64,000 bases of DNA, from NCBI GenBank assembly GCA_965113315.1, contig OZ220363.1; one strand, given 5' to 3'. A program made the position numbers and the translations under genes. This document shows, one piece after another, positions 1-13,525 of the stretch. The stretch's first letter is position 1. Each line of letters opens with the position of its first letter. Below the pieces are notes generated by a model, which worked only from the letters and a program-made list of their open reading frames with translations, made no database searches and was not told where the DNA came from. Source of the stretch: Podarcis vaucheri. Taxonomy: Eukaryota.

Positions 1-402
1 CAGCAAGCCAAGAAACCATTCCTTCAGAATGGCTAATGATTATGGCTTGCGAAGGAGCAACAAACCATAATTTGTGGCTGGGATATAAGGGGAAGACAAG
101 CCTTCCTGGATTGCTTTTCCCAAACTCGTGCCAGGGGAAGAGCAAAGAGGGAGTGATCAGGCACCAGGCTCCAGCAGGCTGGTGCTTCCTGTTAAGCCAC
201 AAGAAGACAGAAAGTCGTGCTTTGTTATGTGTGAATGTTGTTTAATGTAGACACCTTCTAATAATTGTAATTTCATTTGGGATGCAATCCTAAGTACAGT
301 TAGAGCCACATGCCTAGGATTACACTGTTAGAGATGCAACAAAACAATCATTTCAGTTCCCAAGAACTGAACACACACAAGTCACAAAATATGCCAAGAT
401 TA

Positions 403-804
403 AAAAGGTAAAGGGACATAAAGGGACCCCTGACTGTTAGGTCCAGTCGTGACTGACTCTGGGGTTGCGGCGCTCTTCTTGCTTTCTTGGCCGAGGGAGC
501 CGGTGTACAGCTTCCAGGTCATGTGGCCAGCATAATAATTTAATAATAATAATTTATTATTTGTACTTAGCATGACTAAGCCGCTTCTGGCAAACCAGAG
601 CAGCGCACAGAAACGCCGTTTACCTTCCCGCCGGAGCGGTACCTATTTATCTACTTGCACTTTGATGTGCTTTCGAACTGCTAGGTTGGCAGGAGCTGGG
701 ACTGAGCAACGGGAGCTCACCCGGTCGTGGGGATTTGAACCGCCAACCTTCTGAGCGGCAAGTCCTAGGCTCTGTGGTTTAACCCACAGTGCCACCCGCG
801 TCCC
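403..804 (-). mobile_element. Sauria SINE, full length
   Basis: Minus strand begins GGGACGCGGGTGGCACTGTGGGTTAAACC (tRNA-like head) and ends in an ACCTTT tail; TSD atgccaagatta at 391-402 and 807-818. Confidence 0.9.
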
Positions 805-1740
805 AGATGCCAAGATTAGGTCTGCTTAAAACCCAAATCTCTATACCCGCTGCTACAAAAATACAGTATTTAATGAACACGCATTTCTCCCCTCTCTCAT
901 GATACTGGAACTTGGGGTCTACCAATGACATGGATTGGCAATGTATCTATCCTGATAGACAATAACGAAGCCCATTATGGAATTTGTTGCTCCAAAATAA
1001 AGTGTTGACTTCTAAAAGAACAATCCTGGCTTGCTCCCAGGGAAGTGGATATAGAATTGCAGCCTAAATGGAATTAGAAAATGCACTGCAATAAGATATG
1101 ACAGCCACAGGCTTATATGTCTTTAGAAAGGATCAAACAAATTCATGGAGGTTAACTTTGATAACTAAATAGGACCTCTAGATTCAAAGGCAGTATACCA
1201 CACTAGGGGGCAGACAATGGGGGAAGGCTGTGTAGCCTTTATACTCTGCTTGTGGGCTTCTGCAAATCATTTTACTAACCACAAGATGCTGTATTAGGTT
1301 GACCTTTGGTCTGACCTAGCAGGATCTTCTTATGTCTCTCTATAGACTCATACGATGGGGGAGGGGGTATCTGACTTGAGTTTTAGCCACAGGCTTAAAT
1401 GTGAGGGATCTTTTGTTCATTAACTAAGAACTAAATTTTCCATGCATTTATCCAAAGTCATTTATTTATTTTTTTGGAAGAAATAAAAATTAAATAATAG
1501 AAAATGAGAGGTAAACAGCACAACGAAGATAAAAACACAACAACGAGGACTCCAGCAAGAAAACATTGATGCTCTTTTGACTTGCAGTGCATTGAGCTGG
1601 CACATAGTAACAGCCAGAGTTGCCTGGTTCCTGACATGAAATGGACTTTCATCAGTTGTATGCTCTTTGTATCAGTGTATGTGGAACAAAGTAAGAGGGT
1701 TCAGACAGCATCCAGGAAGAAAAACGTTTGATTTGTAATA

Positions 1741-1949
1741 CAATGGTACCTTGGTTTACGAACTTGATCCGTGCTGGAAGTCCGTTCTTAAACCAAAGCG
1801 TTCTTAAATCAAGGCATGTTTTCCCTTAGCAGCAGGGGACTCAATTTACAAATGGAACACATTCAACAGGAAGTGAAACATGTTCTCATTCAAAGGCAAA
1901 GCGTTCTTAATCCAAGTTGTTCATAAACTAAGCTGTTCTTAAACCACTG
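1741..1949. mobile_element. Related Tc1/mariner MITE (degenerate)
   Basis: ta|caatggtaccttgg...accactg|ta with gttcttaa repeats. Confidence 0.7.
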
Positions 1950-4900
1950 TATAACTAACACCACTTGAAACACCCCGAAGGCAACAGACTTGGGAAAATA
2001 CGTATCTACACTTTGGAGGGGCTTAGGGTGTCAAGCAGATTTGTACCTCCAGAAGTTCAGCATGTGGTTTTGTCCATTAGTCTGACACTGAGCTGAAGAA
2101 AAATCTTGCTAAAGCCCAGTGACAATTGTCTCAGTCACAACTGTTGTAGCCTGTGTGAGTCTGGTCTCTATGATACATAATCCATTTGTGTACATGGGTG
2201 AGCCAGCTTCAAAACCCATGGTCTCAATTCTTTATTGCAGGCCATAGGACAAATGAACTAGAACATTTCAGTTCCCACTGAAACGAAAAAGAGCTGTTCC
2301 CATACTGAAAAAAGGAGATGGAAATAATTTTTTGCTGAGAAATAGCTGCTTAAATTGCTTAAGCAGAAACACAACTTTTGAAGCAAAAATATGTGAGAAG
2401 CTTCTGAAGTCTGCATGCTAAGCTTGTGGAAGCATCCATAAAGAGACAAACTTTTTGAAAAATGTACCAGGCATGGATCCAATAAAACAATATTCAAACA
2501 AAAAGCATGTTATTCCAAAGACACATTTTTATTTAATTAAAGGAAAAATAGAACGATCCCTAATAGGTCAATAACAATGACTTATGACTTCCTTTATGTG
2601 ACACATTCAGAATAAATGGTAATTTACCATTAAAAGAGACATTTCTTTTTTCTGCAGAAGAAATTAATGTTTAAGCAAAGGTTTTCCATTTCCTTCTCCA
2701 GGATTTGTATTCAGGTACTGAGTCTCAGGATATTACAGGCTTCAATCCCCTTCAGCAAATACAGGAAGGGTTTAACCATAACAACCTATGACATCATTCC
2801 AGCTGTACTCTGATGGGTTTAAGATCATTTCATTGGTGCCATTTGAGAAAGAAGAAAAAATATGTTCTGCTTCTCCAAACTTAGGTTGGCTAGGAGGATT
2901 TGGTTGCTTTCATGGTTTAATCATGAACACTTTAAATACAACGCACACAAACCAGCAGGGATATTCTGGCTTATACAACAAGCTGTGCGATGCAGTCACT
3001 CCTTTCTAGTGGGTATGCTTTCCTTGGGACCTTGACTCACTCTCTGAAACTAAGCAAACTTGTCACTCCGCCTGATAATGGCCTCTTGTGTGTAATACAT
3101 AAGAATGTAACCATACTGGACTAGGCTAAGAAAGAGTTAACCGAGGTTGCATTCTCATGGCAGTTTATTCTGTTTTCACAATGTTTCCCTAACTGTTGAC
3201 TTCCGCATTAGATTTGAGTTTTCACTCAACATAAAAGCCTTTTTCCAGAACAACAGTGGAACATAATGTAAATTTAGTGCTCATTCCCATGTTACTTGCT
3301 TCCGCATTTGTGTTTGCAGATAATACGGAAAGGAGTGCTGTATTTCACTATTTTTGCTCCGGAATAAATTGACATGTGATTGCAGCTTATGTCCAGCCTT
3401 CTGTCTTCATCAGTGGCAATCCAGAGGATTTCTGGAAAACTCACAAGCAGAGCAAGGTTGTTTCACGTGTTCCTTGAAAAGTTAATGCAAAATGTATGCC
3501 CAATATATTAAGTAATCTCAGTTTTTTCTTGCCATGAACATTTCTTTACAATTCCTCTGAAATTCAAAGATTTTGTCTTGGTGATTTAGTTTTACAAAAG
3601 GGTTATTATGAGCTACAAAATTCTAGTTTACCAACTAGATAGGGACATAATACACCAAAGTCTCTTTTAACTTTCTAGAATCTTGATTATTCAGAACCAA
3701 TTGCCTGTTGGAGTAGATGGCTCTTCCTCACGCCTTCAAGCTGAAACTGAACAGCCATGCATTGGGAATCCTCCAGCTCTGGACTTCTTCTCTCACACAG
3801 GGGGTTGGGCTTGATGGCTTACAAGGCTCCCTCCGATGCTACAAAGAGTAAATCAAGGGACCCTTGCTAAGCTTTGGTTTGGAAAGCTTCCTGAACTTGG
3901 GCGTAGAAACTGAAGGCTCAAGAGCTTTCGAGCACGGTGCGTGAGCACTGTGCTCAGGGATTGCAAATTCCCCTGAGCCTTAAAAATAAGGCTTTGGCTG
4001 ATTTTGTACAGCTATGTCTGAGTGCCCAGGACTTCAACTAAAAGTGTGGTAGATGAACACTTTCAATTGTTGTGGCAATAGCTCAAACTGTTCAATGAAA
4101 ACATAACTTTCTTTCATTGAACATGCAATTTTTGACTTTGAAAATGGAAACTTATGCAAGTTCAGCTCAGTTCTACCAAATGGAGAAGATGATCACCAAA
4201 CCAAGGTCGCTTGAATGATTCATCTGCCCATATAGACAGCAATGGAGAGTTTCACTGAGAGAAAGATGTTGATGTTAAATAACATTTTGTGCCTGCACCT
4301 ATAAAGTAGCCCGGTCGGCTTAGATGCTCACCAGGCAGGTATAGGATCTCAATTTACATTATGAGCTGGATAAGGGCTTCTGGGAGATTCGTAATGTGAT
4401 TCGTAATACAGCCAAGCATTATGAGGTGGACCGATTCGTATTCCAAATCAGGTAATTACAAACTTCAGTGACATTCCTAATTCTTTGCACAGAGATTCCG
4501 TTCACATAGATAAAAGGTATCTTTGCCAAATCCCTAGCAATTAGCAAAGAAGATAGTCACTTCAGCCTTGTAATGTAATTATTAACTAATTATATCACAC
4601 CGTTGCTCCCTCCCTTCATTACCAAAATGCGCAGGAACTAAGATAACTGCACAGTTTGAAAACAGATTGGATTTAACATGCCAGCTTTCATTTCATTTGA
4701 ATAAACCTCAGAGAATGGAAGGGTAAAGTTTATTGAATTTGATTTAGCAGCAATATGGTCCAGATGGCAGCTAACAGTTTGAAGATGCTGTTGAAATACT
4801 GTAAGCCAGAGGCAGGCAGGTACTCGATAAAGCTGACCATAAATAATTAACCACTTTGGCTTTTAACTAAAGATAAGAGACAGAGATTTTCTTTTTAAAA

Positions 4901-7900
4901 AATGAAGAAATCTGGCAACTGAAATATCTGATCCTATCAGTGCTAAGCATGTTATAATTACTAATTACATATAAGATTAGAGAGCTTCAATGGAGAGTTT
5001 GCAGTAGCTAGAGTTACTTACTGGAATGAAAGGAGCTAATGATAATGTTAAACCAAAGGAAACCACATCAAAGTTGGGGGAAAAACATTTGGCCAAGCTC
5101 AAGCAATTGATACCAAATTCATCCTGTGTGAGAGGGTAATCCAGTCATTGAGATTGGATTGTGTTTGGGGCAGTGAAGCCTCTGACACTGGTTGGTTTAA
5201 CTGGTGCTGTAGCATGGAATGTACAGTTTCTTCGGGAATTAGACAGTCCAATTTCTGTGGGGAAAGTTGTCAGTTTGGCTGGGATGAAAACTGTATGCAG
5301 TGGCAGACTGAAGTCTAGGAAGAGGCCCTAGGATTTAAGGAAGCTGAGATATAGAGATCCCAAAGGCAATTAAGGCAATGGACTGGGTATGAGAAACTCA
5401 AGGGAAGGATAGGGAAAGAATGATGCATGAAAAGGGCAAAGGCGGCATGGAACTGAGTCACAAGGGAGCAATTGTTCTGTGCATGTTTTTACTGTATTGT
5501 AAATCACCTTGGGATGCCTCATGGGAAGTGATCCATAAATGAAATAAATAAATAATAAGAGGACATAAGAAGAAATAGTAGAAACTTTACAGTGTTCATT
5601 GTCACAGTGTTCATACGTTAATAAGGGGTGGAGGGGGTGGGAGAGGGAGAGGAACCATGATACAGAGTAGCTACATGTGGTGCAATAAAGTAGGACTGAA
5701 AATAGGAATTTGGTGAACCAACAGGTGTTGAAAGAACTATAGATCTGATGAAAAGAAGTGGCAAGGAGACACTAGGGTTGGAGCTTTGAATTCTTGGTAG
5801 GAATGAGGCAGACAGACAAGCTGGCAGCTTTAGGCCTAAACTAGTTTTAATTGAACTTGTTGCCTGGCCCTGATGCTACAGATCCATGTGTTAGTACGGT
5901 CATCTGCAAAGAAGCAGCCTTCATGTGGACTTCCATGCAATTGGGATGTGCTATCAGGAATAGTGGAAGCCTTTGTCAAGGTACTGCTCACTGTAGGCTT
6001 TTATTCACAGACGGACATCTAGAAATAGGGCCAGGCACCATGTCTGACACCAGGGTCAGGACCAGGAGTGTGAATCTACTCCCTAGTACTCCAGTGATGC
6101 CCCCAAGGTAGCATCTAGCCTATCCAGGATTTCTGAGTGAAATCTATCCCAGCTCTGCAAACTGATTGCCTGTAATTTGTGAAGGTATTGAATAACTCAG
6201 GAGGCAACTAACCATTAAAAAATGCTAGCCTTGCCCCAAAATTGCAGCCTTGTTTCAAGTTAGCTCCTACTTTTCCACAACATCCAGCACAATTTATCCT
6301 GCATCCCACTGTCCTTACAATGTGCGTTTTTCCACCTTGACAGTGACGACCAATGACATGGAGCAGGGGCAGGGATATGGCCAAGCAGAGAAACTCATGT
6401 AGCATTGAAGCATTCCTTTAGGAGGGGTAGGAAATCCACTACAAGAGGGTCAAATGGTATTGATGCATATATCTACTGATGGTGCCTGTCCTCTGTGTGC
6501 TGCATTTTGTGTCATATTTCTTAGAAAACTTGACAAAGCAGATGTCCCAGGCATGAGCACAACTGTCTTCCCGAGGGGCCATTTCTATTTTAGCTGCTAC
6601 ATCTGTACGTCGTGTGTCGTCAGAAGCAAGAAGTTCCACTCATCGAATGAATTCAGAGAACGCAAGGAGAGAATCAAGGAGAAGTTGTCCTACGGTAGAA
6701 TTCCTGAGCAAAGCCAATTGAAGTTGGCAACTGAGCATCTTTCTAGCCGTGCCTCCTCAAAAGACCATAATAGTGGCCTGAGACCAGAGGTGCATAACTC
6801 AAATAATTTGGACAGCCATTTGCTATATTCAATAGTCGGACGGAAGAAACACATTTTTGTTACAGTGTTCCCCCTGCCCGCCCCATTCTCTCTTAGCTGC
6901 CTTTTCCTCTCTGCCCTTTGTAGCACATGAACCCTTCTTTCTCTGAATCCTTCTCAGTCTACCTGCCCTCCTTTCCCCTCTCCCTAATAGCCTAAAATGC
7001 TGTAATTTACATTGAAAGAAGTTGCCACCATTTCAATGCTTTAATGCTTGTTACAATAACTGCACCTCACATTTTCTTTGGTCTTCCATTTCTCCATATT
7101 CCAGTTTCTCATATTCCCTTTCTCATAAGATTGCCTTAATCAATGTTGATGCTAGCAGCTCCTCCACTTGGTTATGTCTACTCAGTCAATATAACCCCAG
7201 TTGTCAAGTCCTTGGCATTTGCTTCCTAAACACTATTGGGTGAGCTATAATGCCCAACATATCCACATCTGTATGATAACATGATGCCCTGGGAAAAAAA
7301 TGATGTAGAGTGTGGTGATACATAAGGACAGAATGTTGTATATTTTGAAAACTTAAAAAAAAACCCAAATGGAAAAGAGTGCTTAAAAAAACAAAACATT
7401 GGCATTTCCATTAAGAAGATAAAAATGAATCAAATTGTTGATGCTACTTTCACTTAATTATTCTTAGATCACCCTGTGGAATCACATGTGCTATGCTTTA
7501 TATACAAATGAGATGCAATCTTCTCAAATTTCGTGTTTCAGAGGTACGACAAAATAGATAGTTGTTTCTTCAAACAATTTACAAATGCTACGTTTGGGAG
7601 AACAAAACGTCATATTGAAAATGTCAGAGGGCTTAAGACATTTTGTAGACACGTCTGCTGTCAAATTAAAAGACGTGTCATCCATACACCCCTGCGCTCC
7701 TGGCATCATCTGTTTTACAAGTTTCCTGGGAATTGTGTGAATATGCTACTGAATTCTAAGACAACCTCTGGCCAGCTCTGCCACAAATATGCACTCTAGT
7801 CTCTGCTTCATAGCTGCTGAAACTGAGCATGGCTGACATCCTGCCCATAGCTATGTGGCTGTTGCAATCAATGGGATGTAAGTAGCTTATCTGGTTCAGA

Positions 7901-10586
7901 ATGGCAGCCTCTGTGTTTCTTCTGCGGGCATTTCTCTTGGCAATGACAGCTTTATATTGTCGTTACAAAGACAGACTTTCTTTTTTTAATATTTGGAAAT
8001 AAAACAAAAATTGCTTATGGGAGGTATTCAGAGAATGCACATGCATGTAGATTTGATTCTGTGCCCAGCTGCATTTGTCTTTACTTTACATGTACTTTGA
8101 GCAATTTCTTTCCCCTGATAAATATAATTATTATTTCGCAAATGTGTAGAATTCTGTAAGGTCAACTTGCTAGAATATGTAAATTAAAACAAATCAATTT
8201 TATCCAGTAGTGGGAAGAAAAGCCAATTTGAAGAACTGGAAAGCGGTGAAGATGTTTTGAGTGAATTCATGGAAACATACAATGGTAAATATCTGAAGGA
8301 AAAACCAAGCTCAGTTCACAGGTAATGCTAGCAGTGGGACAGAATAATTTGCAGTCACACGTTGAAATATTGTAATGCTTTTTGCCCATTTCCCTTCCAA
8401 GCATCCATCTTCCTCCACAGAAGCTGAGTGATATACAGGCTTTTGCACATCTTTATCATCTTCTACACAGGCAGAACACTAAATGCACTCACAGTGCCGG
8501 CTACTATTACAGGAACTCCTGAACTCCATCAATCAGTCCCATGTGATGCTCAGGCCACCTGCATCAGCTCCATCACTCTAGCCACTTGACCATAGTGGCT
8601 GTCTTTACTAGAGTGCCCAAATCAAATGATGCAAGCGTACTCTTTTAAAGCAAAGGATACAAGCAAATTCTAGCAACTTCAGAGCAGTTGCCCTGCTTCA
8701 AACATTATTATGCTCATAAGCAAGAGCAAGACAGCCACCAATTCCCCTCACCTTTCATACAGAGCGCTTCCAGATGGAGTCAATCATTCTCTGATGGTGC
8801 ATTTCTCATTTCCCACTGTCCTTAGAATTGCAACGGAACAGTGTGTTGACATCAGCCTTTCCCAATGTGATGCCCATTAGATGTAGCTGGACTATAACTC
8901 CCATCCTCTCTGACCACTGGCTATGCTCGCTGGGACTGATGAGTGGCAGGCCAGCAACACCTACTGGGCATAGTTAATTTTCCCACACAAATTCTACTGT
9001 TTTCTGTCCCTACAGTGCGCATTAAACAGATGGGTGGCAATGCTTGGCTTCTCTCGTTCCCACAGTCCCCTCATGGTTGCTTTATAACTTCCTGAAGTTG
9101 TTCCCTGAAGCGAGGCACATCAGAGAGCAGTTTTCAGAAGCACCTCCCCACTTTTCTAAACCTTGCTGAAGCTGCGCTTCATGTATATGGGGGGAGGTTT
9201 CTTATTTTTCTGGTAAGTTTCGCTATTTCTGCATATTCCATAAGTATTTGTATTCATTCTTCCTTTGCTGGGACTTCTACTTCTTTCCATTTTGGGGTAA
9301 GTAACATTTTTGCCACTGTAGGAGCATACATGAATAAGTTTCTACATAGTTTTAGGTAGTTCTGACCCTATAATTCCCAAAAGAAAGGCTTCTGTTTTTT
9401 TTTTTAACAAATGTAATTTTAAACATCCTTTTCAGTTCATTATATATCATTTCCCAGTAAGCTTTAACCTTACTACAAGACCACCACATATGATAAAAAG
9501 AACCTTCTTTCTCTTTACATTTCCAACACTTATTTGATTTAGATTTATATATTTTGCCAATTTACTCGGTTAGATACCATTGATATATCATTTTCATATA
9601 ATTTTCTCTTAGACTACAACATACTGTAAATTTTATATCCATATTCCACAATCGTTCCCATACTTCCGTGTCTATATTATGAGCAATATCTATTGCCCAA
9701 TATATCATTGAGGATTTTACTTGCTCATCCTTTGATTCTATAATTTAGGTGAGTTAAAAATATGAAACTGCTCATGCTCAAGTTATTTATTGATTAATTT
9801 AAAAGGAAATTGGGGCTGAAAAACTCTTTTTTTGCTGTCAGAGTTTTATTGCTATTTGTTCTAACATATCAGGAGTATAGAACCCTTTTGTAAAGCCTTG
9901 GGTGACAGTGGAGGGTGTTTGTGGTAGGGAGCAGAAATGTTAATTGTGTGCTTCATGACTGAAGTAATGAGCATGGCTGTCTAAAAACCCCGCCTGCTCT
10001 GTAAGACCATTAAGTCTGGGGTCTAAAATTACATATTCGCATCACTGCAAATCTTGTAATCAATAAACTATTTCATAGGGAAACGGTTCTGCCCCTGAAA
10101 GTTATGATCTAAATTGTCTATGTCAGATGATAAGCTGTGCTGCTGCCTTTGCAGCTTTGGCGAGCTCCATTCCAATAGCAATTATCTCATGTTCGTATTT
10201 GCATAACAAAAATAATAAGAAAAATGGTGCTGAATCAAGAAACTTCGAGAAACAGAAAGTGAATAAATGCAAAACCGGGCAGGAAACATTCCTGATGCTG
10301 GTCACTAGAACAAATCTAACATTTCTAGCAAAATGCAAAGTATCTAGCTGAGAAATAATGATGTAATGAGCCATTTCCTAAACTGTCTTGCAATTATAGT
10401 ACTGTGACAGGAAACAGCCCCACAGATGTTTCATTTTGTGATCTTGCATGGTGCCCCCAAAATCATGTATTTGGGTGCTGTCCCTGAAAAAGTGTCTTTT
10501 CCAGGTTCGTGATGTTGCACGGGTCGTGTGACTTGTGCAGGAGTGCGGACCTGGAAGATGGTACCCTGGTTTTTCCCCCACGATGG

Positions 10587-10879
10587 GGTGAGCTCCCGTT
10601 GCTCAGTCCCTGCTCTTGCCAACCTAGCAGTTTGAAAGCATGCCGGTGCAAGTAGATAAATAGGTACCACTGCAGCAGGAAGATAAATGGTGTTTCCAAG
10701 CATTCTGGTTTCCGTCAAGGTGTTCCATTGCGCCAGAAGCAGTTTAGTCATGCTGGCCACATGATCCGGAAAGCTGTCTGTGGACAAACACCAGCTCCCT
10801 CGGCCTGAAGATGAGATGAGCGCCACAACCCTATGGTCACCTTTGACTGGACTTAACCATCCAGAGGGCCCTTTACCTT
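10587..10879 (+). mobile_element. Sauria SINE, 5'-truncated
   Basis: Reverse complement of the 403-804 body; ends cctttacctt. Confidence 0.85.
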
Positions 10880-12036
10880 GCTCTGGTTTGGGGCCATGGC
10901 ACATTGGAGGGTATGCTTTGGTCATTGGTGACAGTGACCTCAGACACGGGTGGAAGCAGGCCTGTGAGGCAACAGGCCTGTGAGGCAACAAACAATAAAG
11001 CTATGCTTGCAGCAGATCAGATGTGAATCAAAGCCTTCTTTGACTTCTCAGGTGTGGGCCCATGGAAAAATATGGAAATGGGGAACTTTTGATGGGCCCC
11101 TCCCTCTGGGTACAACACACACACACCCAAGTCAATTTATTAGGATAACGTTTATCATAGCATAGCATAATAGAGCCAGTGATGCAAGCACAACTGACAA
11201 TATACACAGGAAGAGGAGAACGGTTTCCACCCCATTCATAGCCACAGAAACACTATCAGAGGACCGTTTTATTTATTGTAACAAACTGGCCCCACGGAGG
11301 CACACACTAATGAAACGATGTTTTTACAAAGTGGTCCAAAGGCTGAAAGTCTGGGGAAAGAATGGCAAAGGATACATGTGGAAAGCCACAAAAAAAGATC
11401 AGAATCCACCTACCGTCAAACATAAGGTCAGTAAAAAATCCTCATTAAAGATACCTCACTGCATTGGCCTGATTGAAATTTTTCAAACACTGTATTATTA
11501 TAGTGGAGGTAAGGGCTGCGATTGACCTGCCACAACCTCCTCCTCCTTTTCCCTTTCCCCCTCCTTTTTTTTTGAGAACCTTTGGTACAGAAGGCATATT
11601 TGAAACAGGGAAGAAATCTGAGAAATTGCTCCCAGGGCAGGGAAAGGCTGCTTAATCAACTGTTCCTCCAATCTATAGCAAAGAAACCCGCTCTCTGATG
11701 CCAAAGAGGTGTTAATGATAGAGATTATAAAAAGGAACTGTTGAAGTACATCTTCCAAGCATCCCCATAAAAGCCTGACTGGCAACAGATCAAGAAAACA
11801 GGTTGCAGCTACAGGGCCACATCTATATCAGCAAAAGATCTGGCAGGTTTAAAATATATAAACCAGAACTGAAGTCTGTAGTTCAGAATCACAATTATTC
11901 AGTCCTGCTGGAAACTCAGCAGTTGAGCCATTTGTTGCAGGATTTGAGTTTCTCCTGGTTATTTGTTTTTAGGCAATATCCAGTGTGGCCTGTCTTCCAA
12001 CATACATCTTTTTTTAAAAAAGTGTTTATTGATTAC

Positions 12037-12039
<3 letters not shown>

Positions 12040-12114
<75 letters not shown>
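12040..12114 (+). repeat. Compound (CA)n(GA)n microsatellite
   Basis: Direct reading. Confidence 0.97.
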
Positions 12115-12119
<5 letters not shown>

Positions 12120-12604
12120 CTGGGTGGTATCTAACACATCCCATCAGTGCAAGGAATTAATCTTTCACAGTTGGACTTTATCCCCTCCCTCTTCTCCCCC
12201 AAGAGGCGGAGCTAGCTGTCACCCCCCTCAGGGATGTCACCCCCCTCAGGGATGACACCCGGGCAGACCACACCCCCCCACACACACATGCACTTGATTG
12301 CAACCCCACCCCACCCCCAGAAAACCTCTAAATGGTTTACAAAAATACTAAATACTAAAATTGTCACTAAAAAACAGTTAAAACATGTATCTAAAAACAT
12401 TCAAAAAGTGATTGAAAACAGGAAATGTGCCTGTCTTGATTTATATTTGTGTGCCACCATTTCCTTTTTCTCATTGTTTATTATTTGCTTTGTATATGGT
12501 ATTGCTACTGCACTTTTGGGTTGTTAATAACCTAATAAAGGTTAAAAAGAAAAAGATGATTAAAATCAAGAGTAGCTAAAAATAAATGAAACACATATAG
12601 ATTC

Positions 12605-13525
12605 AACCTGTCAAGAATGTATAATTTGCTGCTGAAGTGGAATACACAAGATGAAACAGTTAAATCAGCTATGATTAAGTGGGCACAGGATATTGGTCAT
12701 AACATTATGTTTGCTGACTGGGAATGGTTGTGGAACACCGGTATAAAATTTACGGCATGTAATGCCTTAAAGGAAAATATTATGAAAATGATTTACAGGT
12801 GGTACATGACCCCAGTCAAGCTAGCAAAAATTTACCATTTGCCTGATAATAAGTGTTGGAAATGTAAAGAAACTGACGGTACTTTCTATCACCTTTGGTG
12901 GACATGCCCGAAGATTAAGGCTTTCTGGGAAATGATATATAATGAAATGAAAAAGGTACTTAAATGTACCTTCCCTAAGAAACCAGAGGCCTTTCTCCTG
13001 GGCATTGCCGGCCAATTGGTGTCAAAGAAAGATAGAACTTTCTTTGTGTACGCTACTACAGCAGCAAGAACACTTATCGCAAAGTATTGGAAGACACAAG
13101 ATCTACCCACCTTGGAAGAATGGCAGATGAAAGTGATGGACTACATGACATTGGCTGAGATGACTGGCAGAATCCGTGACCAGGGAAAGGAGGCGGCGGA
13201 AGAAGAATGGAAGAAGTTTAAAATCTATCTCAAGGACTATTATAAACTTGATGAATGTTAGAATGTCGAGGTTTAAAGAAAGAAAGGGTTACAGTGTTAT
13301 AAGATTGGACTGAAGGAAAGACTAAGAGGATAGAGGTTTGAGAGAAACAATTAGAAATTGCTAAAAATTTTGGACATCGGGATGCAGAAAGGGGAGGTAT
13401 GGGGGAGTCTGAGAAACAAGGTTTTAGGGAAAAAAGGCTATGAAACTATACATGTTTGTATGTTTTTATATATGTTTGTATTGTCTTAAAAAAATTGTAA
13501 AACCAATAAAAAAATTTTATATAAA
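12605..13525 (+). mobile_element. 5'-truncated L1-clade LINE (ORF2 C-terminus plus 3' UTR)
   Basis: ORF 12617-13261 with CCHC knuckle CWKC...TFYHLWWTC; AATAAA and A-rich tail; perfect 16-bp TSD aaacacatatagattc at 12589-12604 and 13526-13541. Confidence 0.9.

Noticed and set aside
6454-6930. 158-aa ORF / possible plus-strand exon after tttag at ~6592
   Set aside because: No recognisable homology and no partner exons found; cannot be supported.
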